Shown piece by piece: positions 1 through 9,318 of a DNA stretch of 38,369 nucleotides (its first letter is position 1; each line of letters opens with the position of its first letter). The position numbers were made by a program, and so were the translations under genes. The stretch lies in the IMG/VR virus record IMGVR_UViG_3300030104_004449, positions 1-38,369 of that record; one strand, written 5' to 3'. The DNA is from a virus (Duplodnaviria > Caudoviricetes). The notes beneath the pieces were generated by a model, which saw nothing but the letters and a program-made list of their open reading frames with translations, had not been told where the DNA came from and did no database searches.

Positions 1-1
1 T

Positions 2-436
2 ATAACAACTAGACCGCCAGATTTATATGTTAGAAGTGAATACACTTTAACTCGTGATGGTGAGCCACCTCCAATGTTAAATATGGCTGTACCAAGATAT
101 TTTGTAGTTACTGATGAAGATACTTCAGTTACAGCAGGTGATATTGATGCAAATGGTCATAGAGTTTATACAAGAACAATAAATAGAACTATGAGATATA
201 TGTGGGGAATGTCATCAGGCGTACTTATAGAAGATTATTTTTCTATTACATATTATATAGAAGGAACTAATCTTACAATGTGGTATCCAAAATTAGGTGG
301 ATATCAAATATCAAGACCATTTGACCCAAGAACCGATAGCGAAAATGATATAGAAAACTCTACATTGTTTAATCCTTTTGAGGGATTTGGTAATACATAC
401 GAATTAGAATTTAGTGTTCCAGTCGGACAGACATAG
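2..436 (+). CDS. C-terminal part of the tail protein that starts at 36860 (wraps the contig end)
   Basis: Frame is open from position 2 (ITTRPPDLYVRSEY...) into the ORF-track ATG at 74, which has no obvious RBS; in frame with the 36860 ORF across the TATAA overlap. Confidence 0.75.
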   Translation: MTTRPPDLYVRSEYTLTRDGEPPPMLNMAVPRYFVVTDEDTSVTAGDIDANGHRVYTRTINRTMRYMWGMSSGVLIEDYFSITYYIEGTNLTMWYPKLGGYQISRPFDPRTDSENDIENSTLFNPFEGFGNTYELEFSVPVGQT

Positions 437-444
437 GAGGAATT

Positions 445-2292
445 ATGTCATTTTTAAATCAATTTGGAATAGCAATACATAAAGATAATTTAGAAGAGTT
501 TGCAATGTCAATAGATGTTACGGACGAAATTGCAGAACATCTTGTTGAACAAGGAATAGATTTATCTAGCATTAATAAAATGCAAATACCTTCAGGGTTT
601 TCCAAAGTAGGTTCAATAACAATTTTGTGTCATCTTCCTATTGATTTTGATTGGAGAGATTCTGATTTAGAATTATGGGCTATTGTTGGAGCAGTTAAAT
701 GGAAGTTGTCTAAAAATTACAGAATACATAGAGTTTTTGCACAACCAATATCAGATAATGAAAATGAAATTAGACAAACACTTGCAGTTCTATCTGTTGA
801 TGATTGGAGATATGATTTAAATATAACTGGTTCTAACAATACAAATGATGAACCTAAAAATGAATATGCAAACGATTTTTCTATTGTCGGAGAAAATGTA
901 ACAAATGAAATAGATGGTGTTCTACCATATGAATTAGCAAATTTAGATTGGGAAAAACTATATCTGTTTTACGATTTAAATTGGACACCATCATTAGAGA
1001 ACGCATTTAATGCTTGGGGCTACGAAAGAGAAATGTCTGATGCTGAATTGGCTGATAGAGTTTTGACAGCATGCGGTTTAGTGGCTGTTCCACAACCAAT
1101 TCTAAGAGATGAAGCAAAACAAGAAATTGGTTACCAAAACGAATATTTATACGGTGGAGATATAACAGGTAATCAGCAACCATTTCCAAATACATATGAT
1201 TCTGAAAAACATTATATGGTTGCAGAATATATAGGCGATGGACACATTTGTGCTACACAGTTGTGGAATAATTTACATCCATTTTATAAAAGCGGTCAAC
1301 TTGAATGTGCTTACGGTACTCCAGAAAGAAATGATGTTGATTGGGGTGTTGAAGATAGAATGAGTATAAACCTTGATAATTTTCCAGAACAACCAGATGT
1401 TTCACAAAACATTTGGATAGCAAAAGCAGAAGATGGAAACCAAGAAATACCTGCAACATTAGATGTTTTATTTCCATCTAAAACAACAGATGGTAATTTT
1501 CTTATGTATAGAGTTACAAATGTTGAACATGGTAAACCGTCAACTGCATTAAATAGTTATTCTTTTACCTCACAATATAAAACTTTGACTGACCATATAA
1601 AAACAGTTTCTCTTGATAATAATGCAGAAGGAAAAAAATTATATTATTTAGATATTGACCCAGACAATCCAGAATCTACACAAGGTTTAACTCTTTCTAG
1701 GACTAATGAACTTTTAGAAAGAGCATTACATTTATCCAGATGTTTTTACGCAAGATATTATGCTTGCACAGGAAACGTAATTTTTGTAGGCTGGCATCAC
1801 ACTAGGGCTATACCAGGATGCACATATTTAGAATATGGTTTTTCTAAAGGTTCGCCTTATACAAAATTATCGGGAAACAAAAATCACAATTTGTTTGGTT
1901 TTTCTTCATCTAATTTTTCTAACAATTCAATAGTTACTGGTGGTGGTTTGTTGATAAATAGACCTGATGGGCAATCAGAAATAATTGCAGGTGGAGGTGG
2001 ATTTAGCAATAGTGGTTTATTGTGCCAAGTAATTTTTGTTCAAGAAGATGTTTCAGGTTGTGCGGCTACACATTATGATTTAAAAAGACTTTCTGATGGA
2101 AAAAAATTCTATGGAATAGTTCCAACGGATAGGGCTATTCCTAATATGTGTTACGAACCTATTGGTGTTGATAGTTTAGTGTTGTTTGCTTTTGTTCCTG
2201 AAAGTACAACTGAAGAACCAAATTGTGACGAAGGTGTATGCAATTATTTATTTATAGCAGGTGAAGAAGTTCAAACGGTGGAGTGTACATAA
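445..2292 (+). CDS. Putative tail tip/hub protein, 615 aa
   Basis: Strong AGGAGG RBS; lies in the distal tail cluster downstream of the tape-measure region; GGGG linker before a C-terminal domain; function inferred from position only. Confidence 0.55.
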   Translation: MSFLNQFGIAIHKDNLEEFAMSIDVTDEIAEHLVEQGIDLSSINKMQIPSGFSKVGSITILCHLPIDFDWRDSDLELWAIVGAVKWKLSKNYRIHRVFAQPISDNENEIRQTLAVLSVDDWRYDLNITGSNNTNDEPKNEYANDFSIVGENVTNEIDGVLPYELANLDWEKLYLFYDLNWTPSLENAFNAWGYEREMSDAELADRVLTACGLVAVPQPILRDEAKQEIGYQNEYLYGGDITGNQQPFPNTYDSEKHYMVAEYIGDGHICATQLWNNLHPFYKSGQLECAYGTPERNDVDWGVEDRMSINLDNFPEQPDVSQNIWIAKAEDGNQEIPATLDVLFPSKTTDGNFLMYRVTNVEHGKPSTALNSYSFTSQYKTLTDHIKTVSLDNNAEGKKLYYLDIDPDNPESTQGLTLSRTNELLERALHLSRCFYARYYACTGNVIFVGWHHTRAIPGCTYLEYGFSKGSPYTKLSGNKNHNLFGFSSSNFSNNSIVTGGGLLINRPDGQSEIIAGGGGFSNSGLLCQVIFVQEDVSGCAATHYDLKRLSDGKKFYGIVPTDRAIPNMCYEPIGVDSLVLFAFVPESTTEEPNCDEGVCNYLFIAGEEVQTVECT

Positions 2293-2666
2293 TGCCAATT
2301 AATTATACAAATGTAGAATCGAGGCAACTTGCCTACAACAAAATAGTTACAGGTTTGTTTGATGGAACAAACGAAATTGTAATTATGGAAGGCAAGCCTG
2401 CAAGGTCAAATTTTATTTCTAAAATTATTATTACTAATACGGACACAGCAAGTATTACTCCTAAAATTAGAATCCACAATACAACAAAGTCAGGCGAAGA
2501 TGACGAGTACATTCAACTTATGCCTGAAATTGAATTATCAGTAAACGAACGTTTAGTTTATGAATCTCCAATTACACCTTACGGTGGTCAGAATTTAGTA
2601 ATAGAATTAGATGCAAGTGTTACAACAAATGAACCTCAATATTTAATGGTGGTAAATAATGTTTGA
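2292..2666 (+). CDS. Small beta-rich virion/tail protein
   Basis: TAATG coupling with the upstream stop (start MPINYT); beta-strand-like pattern; tail cluster. Confidence 0.55.
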   Translation: MPINYTNVESRQLAYNKIVTGLFDGTNEIVIMEGKPARSNFISKIIITNTDTASITPKIRIHNTTKSGEDDEYIQLMPEIELSVNERLVYESPITPYGGQNLVIELDASVTTNEPQYLMVVNNV

Positions 2667-3195
2667 TTTATTAACTTACGACAGTGACGGCAGACCTAAA
2701 CTAACAGTTACTGTAGAAAATAAAAATCCAACCCTTGTTGTGTTTTTTCCACAAAACGGAATACCTCCTGCAACTAACTATGCAACGAGAGATATTAGGA
2801 ATTTAACGCCAGTATTAGATTTTGACAGTTCTACTTCTGAATCTATTTATTTTGTAGGGTTAATGCCACAACAATATCAAGGCAATGGATTGTCTGCGTA
2901 TATTTATTTTACTTGTGATGCAACTTCAGGAGACGTTGATTGGGATTTAGGTTTTGATAAATATACAACTGATTTAGATATAGACAGTACTCATGTACTT
3001 ACAACTACTTCTAGTGACAACAATACTGTATCTTCTACTTCAGGAAAAATTATTACCGCAGAAGTAAAAATTGGAACATCAGCACTTGATGGAATTAATG
3101 CAGGTGATTTATTTCTGTTAAAGTTAAGTAGAGATATTGCAGATACAGCATCGGGTGATGCAAATTTTGTAGCACTTGAATTGCGAGGAACGTAA
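2659..3195 (+). CDS. Putative tail fibre/structural protein (jelly-roll-like), 178 aa
   Basis: Coupled ORF; Thr/Ser/Asp-rich, beta-rich; ends ...GDLFLLKLSRD...GDANFVALEL. Confidence 0.55.
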   Translation: MFDLLTYDSDGRPKLTVTVENKNPTLVVFFPQNGIPPATNYATRDIRNLTPVLDFDSSTSESIYFVGLMPQQYQGNGLSAYIYFTCDATSGDVDWDLGFDKYTTDLDIDSTHVLTTTSSDNNTVSSTSGKIITAEVKIGTSALDGINAGDLFLLKLSRDIADTASGDANFVALELRGT

Positions 3196-3872
3196 TGGCA
3201 ATAGTTTTTGATTCTAGCGATGCAGACGGTTCTGACTATTACGAAAAAAGTAGTCCGTCAATTACTGATTATCCTATAACTATGGCATGTTGGGTAAAAC
3301 CAGATTCGATAAGCGATTGGGATGGTTTAATAGCAATCGGTAAATCAGGAGTAGCAAATCATTTTATAGGTTTATCTTTAAAAACCGATGCAACAGTTAG
3401 AGCATTGTCAAGAGCTGCAGGTGGCGCAAAAGATTCGGGAGTCGGAAGTTATACAGCAGGTAATTGGCATCATGCGGCTGGAGTTTGGGCAAGCGATTCA
3501 TCTCGCATTGCCTACTTAGATGGAACAGCGGGAACAGAAGAAACTACTGCTAGACAGCCAAGCGGAATAAATAGATTAGTAATAGGGGAATGGGCAGGTA
3601 ATCAAGGTAGACCTTTAGATGGTTTTATAGCAGAAGTTGCAATTTGGAATGTTGCTTTAACTGCATCAGAAATTGCAATTTTAGCAGATGGTTTTACAGC
3701 AAATCAAGTTAGGCCTCATTCGTTAATTTCATACTATCCAATGGTAAGAGATTATATAGATGTAATGGGGAATAATTTAGTTACGCCAAACAACACAGTT
3801 GTTTATGGTGACCATACAAGAATTATCGAAGATACTTCAATGCCAATAAGGGGTGCATGGGGTGGCATATGA
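3195..3872 (+). CDS. LamG/concanavalin A-like lectin domain protein (receptor-binding candidate)
   Basis: LamG-like motifs TMACWVK, GNWHHAAGVW, AYLDG, LVIG, GFIAEVAIWNVALTASEI. Confidence 0.85.
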   Translation: MAIVFDSSDADGSDYYEKSSPSITDYPITMACWVKPDSISDWDGLIAIGKSGVANHFIGLSLKTDATVRALSRAAGGAKDSGVGSYTAGNWHHAAGVWASDSSRIAYLDGTAGTEETTARQPSGINRLVIGEWAGNQGRPLDGFIAEVAIWNVALTASEIAILADGFTANQVRPHSLISYYPMVRDYIDVMGNNLVTPNNTVVYGDHTRIIEDTSMPIRGAWGGI

Positions 3873-6070
3873 GTGACCCACAAGGAGTATGTTGTTATTG
3901 CAATCCTTATCCTGATTGTGGTCACTGGTGCGAAGTTACTGACGAAAATGATTGCATTGATTCAGGTGGAACATGGGTAGGAGAAGTTCAAGGAAATTCT
4001 TGCGAAGCATGCGAAGAATTATGTGCAAACTGTGAAAAACAATGTACAAGTAATAGCGATTGTCCAGAAGGTTATATTTGCTATTTAGGTAAATGTGTTC
4101 CAGATTCTACTAATACTAATTTGTCGCCATGCAACAGGCCCGAAGCATCTTCAAGTAATTGCGAAAAAGTAGTTCATGTCAAGCGACCATATTTTCCAGA
4201 CGGAACACCAGATTTTGAAAATTGGGGAGTTGCAATATGGCATCCACCTTGCGATGAAAATTGTGATGGAAACATATACGATGAATCACCTACAGATGAA
4301 AACGGTGAATTTATTAGACAACAAGAAGATTTTGGTGTTATAACTTTTAAGTTGTTAAACGACATTTATAATCAAGATTTAGAACCAATAGGAAAATATG
4401 GTAATGCTTGTTGCTGTCCATTGTTTTTACATGTTGTCCAATGTAGCGGTAACGGTGGTGCTAGACATATTAATTTAAATAATATTTGTGTAGATAAAAT
4501 TCCACAATGGAATCCACAAGTGGGTGAGGTTCTTATACTTCGAGGTAAAGAAGGCACTGAAGCAGAAGGTTTTTGTGGTTACACGCAATATAATTTTAAA
4601 GAAGATGGAAGCCAAAGATATTCAGATACATGTGGAGAAAAACCTGTTTACGAATGGATACTTTCTTTATATCCAAGATTAGGAGGATGTTCGGAAGGCA
4701 CTATAGTTCCATCGGCTGACAATAATGGTTTTGTTGTAAATTTTTGTGATTTAGATGTTGAAGTGTTTCAAGTTCCAGACCCAACTTGGATATATGAACA
4801 AAGTCAAACACAAACAACTAGAATTTGTACTTACGCATGTGAAAATTGTTGGGGAATTTTTAAACAATGCGGAACTTGTCAAAACCATCCTGATTACCCT
4901 GAAGGAACTTGCATACAAAGTTTAAATTGCAATAGCGATAAAGATTCTATGTTAGTATTTTTTACGCCAGAAGAACCTTGTAATAATCCTAATATTGGCA
5001 ATAAAGATTGCATGTCAAAACATACTACTATAACAGGTAAAAGTTATGCAACAAATAGTTTTTATTGGAATCTACCTGCTTGCAATAATTTGGCTTTTGA
5101 AGGTGAAGAGTGTGACGAGTGTAATGTGTTGTTGTATGAAATTTGCAATTCAAGAGATTGCGAAAATACAGGTTTTGATTTTCCTAGATATTTATATTCA
5201 TATGTAAATCCAGTATGGATGTCACGAACTCATTTAAAAGCAAAGTTTGGAGAAGAAGAAGGTTTTCCAGGCGGTGGCCAAGGGGCTGCATGTTATCAGG
5301 TGTTAGGTGTTTACTCACAAATTGATATACCTAACGGTTCTGTTTATCATACTTTTTTTAGTAGCGGTACAGATTGGGAAGGTGAATTTTATCCCACTAA
5401 TTCTTGTAACATGTGGAGTCCTTGCGAACCTGGCGACCCAAATAGCACAAGATTTGATTGTATGACTTTTTGTCCTACACATAATTGTAATATACCTCCT
5501 GGTCAAAGTGGAAGCACTTGTCATTATTGTTGTGAGTGTCAAGGAGTTGCTTGCCAACCAGGGTGTAATAATAATTTAAACGATTTAGATTCACCTAATT
5601 TATTTCCTAGTAGCATTGAAACCGAATTAAAATTAGATATTAAAAACATAAAAGCAAATATAAATGTTGTTTTTAATGAGCCTAAAAATTTGCCAAGCAA
5701 AACAAATCCGTCTAAAGAAGATATAGAACTATATCATTCAATGTTTCCAATAATGTACAAATCTAATTTTGATAAACAACAACTTAATAACGTAATACCT
5801 ATAGGTTCTTTTGCAGATAACAGAAAAAATGTTCCGCAAGTTAATGAAGCAAATTTAATTGGTCATTACGAAGAAGATGGAGTTGCTTGGAGTGCTTGGC
5901 TTACAATAGGAACTTGTAATGCAGTAAACAGTTTAACTAATAATAACAGATTGTTTTCTTTTGAATACATTGTGTTTGCATATTGTCAATCTAATGCTTG
6001 CGAAATTGATTCTAAAGTTTTAGAAAAAAAATTAGTTGAGTTTACTTTGGAGGGTTCTTATGAAAATTAA
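3869..6070 (+). CDS. Large cysteine-rich protein (about 55 Cys), putative tail fibre/adhesin
   Basis: ATGA overlap with the LamG gene (start MSDPQGVCC); N-terminal GVCC...DC...GGTW.G...C unit and CTSNSDCPEGYICYLGKC module. Confidence 0.7.
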   Translation: MSDPQGVCCYCNPYPDCGHWCEVTDENDCIDSGGTWVGEVQGNSCEACEELCANCEKQCTSNSDCPEGYICYLGKCVPDSTNTNLSPCNRPEASSSNCEKVVHVKRPYFPDGTPDFENWGVAIWHPPCDENCDGNIYDESPTDENGEFIRQQEDFGVITFKLLNDIYNQDLEPIGKYGNACCCPLFLHVVQCSGNGGARHINLNNICVDKIPQWNPQVGEVLILRGKEGTEAEGFCGYTQYNFKEDGSQRYSDTCGEKPVYEWILSLYPRLGGCSEGTIVPSADNNGFVVNFCDLDVEVFQVPDPTWIYEQSQTQTTRICTYACENCWGIFKQCGTCQNHPDYPEGTCIQSLNCNSDKDSMLVFFTPEEPCNNPNIGNKDCMSKHTTITGKSYATNSFYWNLPACNNLAFEGEECDECNVLLYEICNSRDCENTGFDFPRYLYSYVNPVWMSRTHLKAKFGEEEGFPGGGQGAACYQVLGVYSQIDIPNGSVYHTFFSSGTDWEGEFYPTNSCNMWSPCEPGDPNSTRFDCMTFCPTHNCNIPPGQSGSTCHYCCECQGVACQPGCNNNLNDLDSPNLFPSSIETELKLDIKNIKANINVVFNEPKNLPSKTNPSKEDIELYHSMFPIMYKSNFDKQQLNNVIPIGSFADNRKNVPQVNEANLIGHYEEDGVAWSAWLTIGTCNAVNSLTNNNRLFSFEYIVFAYCQSNACEIDSKVLEKKLVEFTLEGSYEN

Positions 6071-6467
6071 ACTTGTATACGACAAAACAAACACAAAAAA
6101 AGAAATTGATGCAAAAGTAATAGATTCAACTAATGGTTTTATTACAGAAGAAACTGTGATTAAAAAAATCGAATCAAGAAACAAAAAAAATATTTCTAAA
6201 ATAAACAAACTTACAAACGGAATTAAAGGTTTAACTAAATCTACATTAGGCCTAGGTTTAGCAAGTAAAGAAATAATACAAGAAAGAAGAAGCATTTGTG
6301 ATACTTGTGTACACAGAGATAATAAATCTTGCAGTATTTGCGGTTGTTTTATTATTCCTAAAACTAGAGTTGCAAGTGAAGAATGTCCGAAAGGATATTG
6401 GGGTACATCTAATGTAAAAAACAATAGGAGGAATAACGGATGCGGTTGTGGCAAAAACAAAAACTGA
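6060..6467 (+). CDS. Basic protein with C-terminal Cys cluster (DUF6171-like metal-binding domain)
   Basis: GGAGG RBS before ATG 6060; ERRSICDTC...CSICGCFIIPKTRVASEECPKGYW. Confidence 0.65.
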   Translation: MKIKLVYDKTNTKKEIDAKVIDSTNGFITEETVIKKIESRNKKNISKINKLTNGIKGLTKSTLGLGLASKEIIQERRSICDTCVHRDNKSCSICGCFIIPKTRVASEECPKGYWGTSNVKNNRRNNGCGCGKNKN

Positions 6468-7332
6468 AATTAAATGGACAGTAACTGAACAAAATAGAAA
6501 TTGTCATACAGTTAGAATGACAGCAGACAATGCAAAATGGGAGCAATATTTTTTGTTGTCTAGTGACAGGCATCACGATAATGCTCACACTGACCAATCT
6601 TTAGAATTAAAACATCTTAAGTTAGCCCGAGAGCGTGGTGCAGGAATTATAGATATAGGCGACATGCACTGCGCCATGCAAGGTAAATACGATAGGCGTT
6701 CAGACCTAACTGCAACTCGACCAGAACAACAACAAGGTAGATACATAGATTCATTAGTTGAATGTGCTAGTGACTTTTATGCACCTTATGCTGAAAACTT
6801 TGTCGTAATTGGTAGAGGCAATCACGAAACGGCTATTCTTAAAAATCACGAAACAGACTTAACTGAACGAACTTGTGAACGCATGTCGGCTATCTCAGGA
6901 CACAAAGTACACAGTGGCGGCTATGGCGGTTGGGTTAGATTCATTATTAAAATTAATAATTCTAGCAATCAATGTAATATGAAATATTTTCATGGTTCGG
7001 GAGGCGGGGGAGTTGTAACTCGTGGCGTTATACAAACTAACAGAATGGCTGTCATGTATCCTCAAGCAAACATTATTGCTTCGGGTCACACGCACGACCA
7101 ATGGATAGTTCCAATAGCCAGAGAAAAATTGTTTAAATCGGGTCGAATTGGAATGGACGAATCATTACATATTCGTTGCGGAACTTACAAAGATGAATAC
7201 GCAGATGGCTTCGGAGGTTGGCACATTGAAAGAGGTGGCCCGCCAAAATCTTTGGGCGCAATGTGGCTTAGGTTTTTTGTTCAAGATTCAACTGACAATA
7301 TACTTGGTTGGGAAGCAGTAAGGGCTAAATAA
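6448..7332 (+). CDS. Calcineurin-like metallophosphoesterase
   Basis: All five motifs visible: SDRH, IGD, GNHE, FHG, GHTH. Confidence 0.85.
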   Translation: MAKTKTEIKWTVTEQNRNCHTVRMTADNAKWEQYFLLSSDRHHDNAHTDQSLELKHLKLARERGAGIIDIGDMHCAMQGKYDRRSDLTATRPEQQQGRYIDSLVECASDFYAPYAENFVVIGRGNHETAILKNHETDLTERTCERMSAISGHKVHSGGYGGWVRFIIKINNSSNQCNMKYFHGSGGGGVVTRGVIQTNRMAVMYPQANIIASGHTHDQWIVPIAREKLFKSGRIGMDESLHIRCGTYKDEYADGFGGWHIERGGPPKSLGAMWLRFFVQDSTDNILGWEAVRAK

Positions 7333-7550
7333 TGTTAATGGATTGGGAAAATATTTTAATGACTTTAACAAGCGCAGGTTTATTTGGATTAATAGGTTTT
7401 GTTTGGAAGTTTAGTCATCAAGTAACAAAAATGCAACAATCTCTTACAGACATCGAAAGAAGAGTAAGAAATATAGAAGGCGATTTAGACAAGGCTCAAG
7501 ATAGGATGTACTCAATGGTAAAAAGTAGAACGGAGTTTATGCAAAAATGA
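7332..7550 (+). CDS. Small single-pass membrane protein with coiled coil (holin-like candidate)
   Basis: Hydrophobic ILMTLTSAGLFGLIGFVW followed by a heptad-like stretch. Confidence 0.6.
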   Translation: MLMDWENILMTLTSAGLFGLIGFVWKFSHQVTKMQQSLTDIERRVRNIEGDLDKAQDRMYSMVKSRTEFMQK

Positions 7551-7798
7551 AAATAATAAAAATAGAATGGGTAGATGCAGAAACAATCGGTGATAATTCT
7601 TGGCAAGAGTTAGAAAGTGCTATTGAATATTCAAAAAATGACCCACCAGTTATGACAACCATCGGGTTTTTGTTGCATGAATGCGACACGCATTTGTCAG
7701 TTACTGAATCTATTGGGAGTCAAGAATGTGGTCATGTAACAAAAATTCCAACAGGAATGATTAAAGATATGAAGGTGTTGTTAGAAAATGAAATGTAA
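7547..7798 (+). CDS. Phage hypothetical protein (IEWVDA...W...TIGFL type)
   Basis: ATGA-coupled ORF with GGAG RBS; motif pattern common in small phage proteins. Confidence 0.7.
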   Translation: MKIIKIEWVDAETIGDNSWQELESAIEYSKNDPPVMTTIGFLLHECDTHLSVTESIGSQECGHVTKIPTGMIKDMKVLLENEM

Positions 7799-8153
7799 TT
7801 GCGATTGTCATAAAAAAACTGCTGAATCTGATTTAAAAAAATGTCAAGATAATAACAAGCGTAAAACAAAAGAAATAAATGTACTTAAAAAAAAGTTAAT
7901 GGTTGCAACTATTGGAATTGCTGTTGGAGGCACACTTGTTGGTAAAGAAACAATAGACAAAATTGTAGAATACTTTCAAGCATACGACCGAGTAAAACAA
8001 TCAATAGATAATTCTGTGAGCATGACAGACCAACAACTTAAACACAACACCGATGACTCTATTGGATATTGGGGAGTTTCTGTACTTCCCTCGCCAGGTG
8101 CATTAACAGTGTTTGCTTTACCCCTATTTACCCCAACGCCTCGCAGAAAATAA
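7788..8153 (+). CDS. Membrane protein with a PEP-CTERM-like (LPSPG) C-terminal signal
   Basis: Internal hydrophobic segment LMVATIGIAVGGTLVG; C-terminus VLPSPGALTVFALPLFTPTPRRK. Confidence 0.65.
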   Translation: MKCNCDCHKKTAESDLKKCQDNNKRKTKEINVLKKKLMVATIGIAVGGTLVGKETIDKIVEYFQAYDRVKQSIDNSVSMTDQQLKHNTDDSIGYWGVSVLPSPGALTVFALPLFTPTPRRK

Positions 8154-8158
8154 AAAAC

Positions 8159-8620
8159 TTAAATTGCTTTTTTAAACCATTTAGGAACTTGGGTTTTCCA
8201 TGTAGCAATGTGACTTTTTTCACCAATGTAGTAATCACGATATGCTTTTACTACATTTTTGTTTTTATATTCTTCAGGCATTGCTTGTGCAAATTTAGTT
8301 AATCCAATGCTAGGAATATTAGGTTTATTGTTTTCACACCATTCAATAACTGCTTTGGATTTATGTGTCTTGTTATATCTTTTTGTGTATTCTTCACACA
8401 AAGCATATGCGTGTGTAATTAACCAATTAAAATTATCTATTGATTCTCTAACCCAAATAGAACATGGGTGGTTGTAGTGAGTGCGTTTGTATGGTGCAGT
8501 ATTTTTTTCATATACAGAACAAAGTAGTTGCGCTGACTCAAGTATCATTTTTACTACATGTTTATCACATGATTGCTGTGCTGATTTAATAGGGCATTTG
8601 TCTAATATAAAAATATTCAC
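8159..8620 (-). CDS. Pyrimidine dimer DNA glycosylase/endonuclease V-family protein
   Basis: MNIFILD...DKHVVKMILESAQLL...YKRTHYNHPCSIW...AMP...AYRDYY signature; GTG start. Confidence 0.85.
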   Translation of the reverse strand: MNIFILDKCPIKSAQQSCDKHVVKMILESAQLLCSVYEKNTAPYKRTHYNHPCSIWVRESIDNFNWLITHAYALCEEYTKRYNKTHKSKAVIEWCENNKPNIPSIGLTKFAQAMPEEYKNKNVVKAYRDYYIGEKSHIATWKTQVPKWFKKAI

Positions 8621-8626
8621 GATAAT

Positions 8627-8635
8627 ATTATACCA
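8627..8635 (-). promoter_or_regulatory. Extended -10 promoter (TGG-TATAAT) for the glycosylase gene, probably giving a leaderless mRNA
   Basis: Minus strand reads TGGTATAATattatcGTG: perfect -10 box 6 nt before the start codon and no SD. Confidence 0.55.
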
Positions 8636-8667
8636 AAAAAAGGGAGACGGTAACTATCCGCCTCCCT
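8635..8667 (-). terminator. Rho-independent terminator of the leftward early operon
   Basis: Minus strand AGGGAGGCGG-ATAGTTA-CCGTCTCCCT followed by a T-tract. Confidence 0.7.
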
Positions 8668-8710
8668 AAAAGGAAAAACCTTTCTTAACAAAAAAAGGTT
8701 CAATGAAACA

Positions 8711-8896
8711 TTAAGTTACAACAACTCCATTGTGGTTGGTTTCAGCCCATTTTACAAAATCTTCACGATTCCATTTTATTCCACCAAGTTTAATTGGTTT
8801 AGGCAATGAATCGTTTTTTATCCATCTGTAAACAGTTGATTTTTCTACTGCAAACATTTTGCTAACTTCTTCTAATGTAATATATTGATTATTCAT
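8711..8896 (-). CDS. AlpA/excisionase-like helix-turn-helix DNA-binding protein
   Basis: YITLEEVSKMFAVEKSTVYRWIKNDSLPKPIKLGGIKW; GAGGT RBS before ATG 8896. Confidence 0.85.
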   Translation of the reverse strand: MNNQYITLEEVSKMFAVEKSTVYRWIKNDSLPKPIKLGGIKWNREDFVKWAETNHNGVVVT

Positions 8897-8904
8897 AATG
8901 CACC

Positions 8905-9318
8905 TCAAAATGGTAAGTCGTCATCTATTATTGCGATTTTTTCAGACACAACTTTTACAGGTTCTGTTTTTATTTCTCCAACAGGAGCAGGCTTAATATC
9001 GCTAACTTTAATTTTATCAAACGAGTTTCCATTTTGTAGTTGTATAGTTTCTTTTTCAAAAATTGCCTGAATGCGAACTCCGATTAAATCAAAAACATCT
9101 TGGTTAAAAAAGTTTTCAAAAGATGAAGAAGAATAACCTAGCATACTAAACCATCTGTCAAAAACATAAGAAGGTGCAGATTGTCTAATGTAATCATGCG
9201 AGTATCTTTCTTTCCAATCTAAACTTTCGTCATCACGTTTTAGACAAACCTTAATTGCATTTGACCCATCTTTTTCTTTACACAATTCAATTTTTGCTAC
9301 TTGTGCTAATTCGTGCAT
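8905..9318 (-). CDS. Putative single-stranded DNA-binding protein
   Basis: Acidic C-terminal tip DDDLPF; adjacent to the Sak-like annealase; GGAGG RBS. Confidence 0.7.
   Translation of the reverse strand: MHELAQVAKIELCKEKDGSNAIKVCLKRDDESLDWKERYSHDYIRQSAPSYVFDRWFSMLGYSSSSFENFFNQDVFDLIGVRIQAIFEKETIQLQNGNSFDKIKVSDIKPAPVGEIKTEPVKVVSEKIAIIDDDLPF

Noticed and set aside
74-436. Stand-alone 120-aa gene as listed in the ORF track
   Set aside because: Frame is open upstream to position 2 and joins the 36860 ORF across the ends
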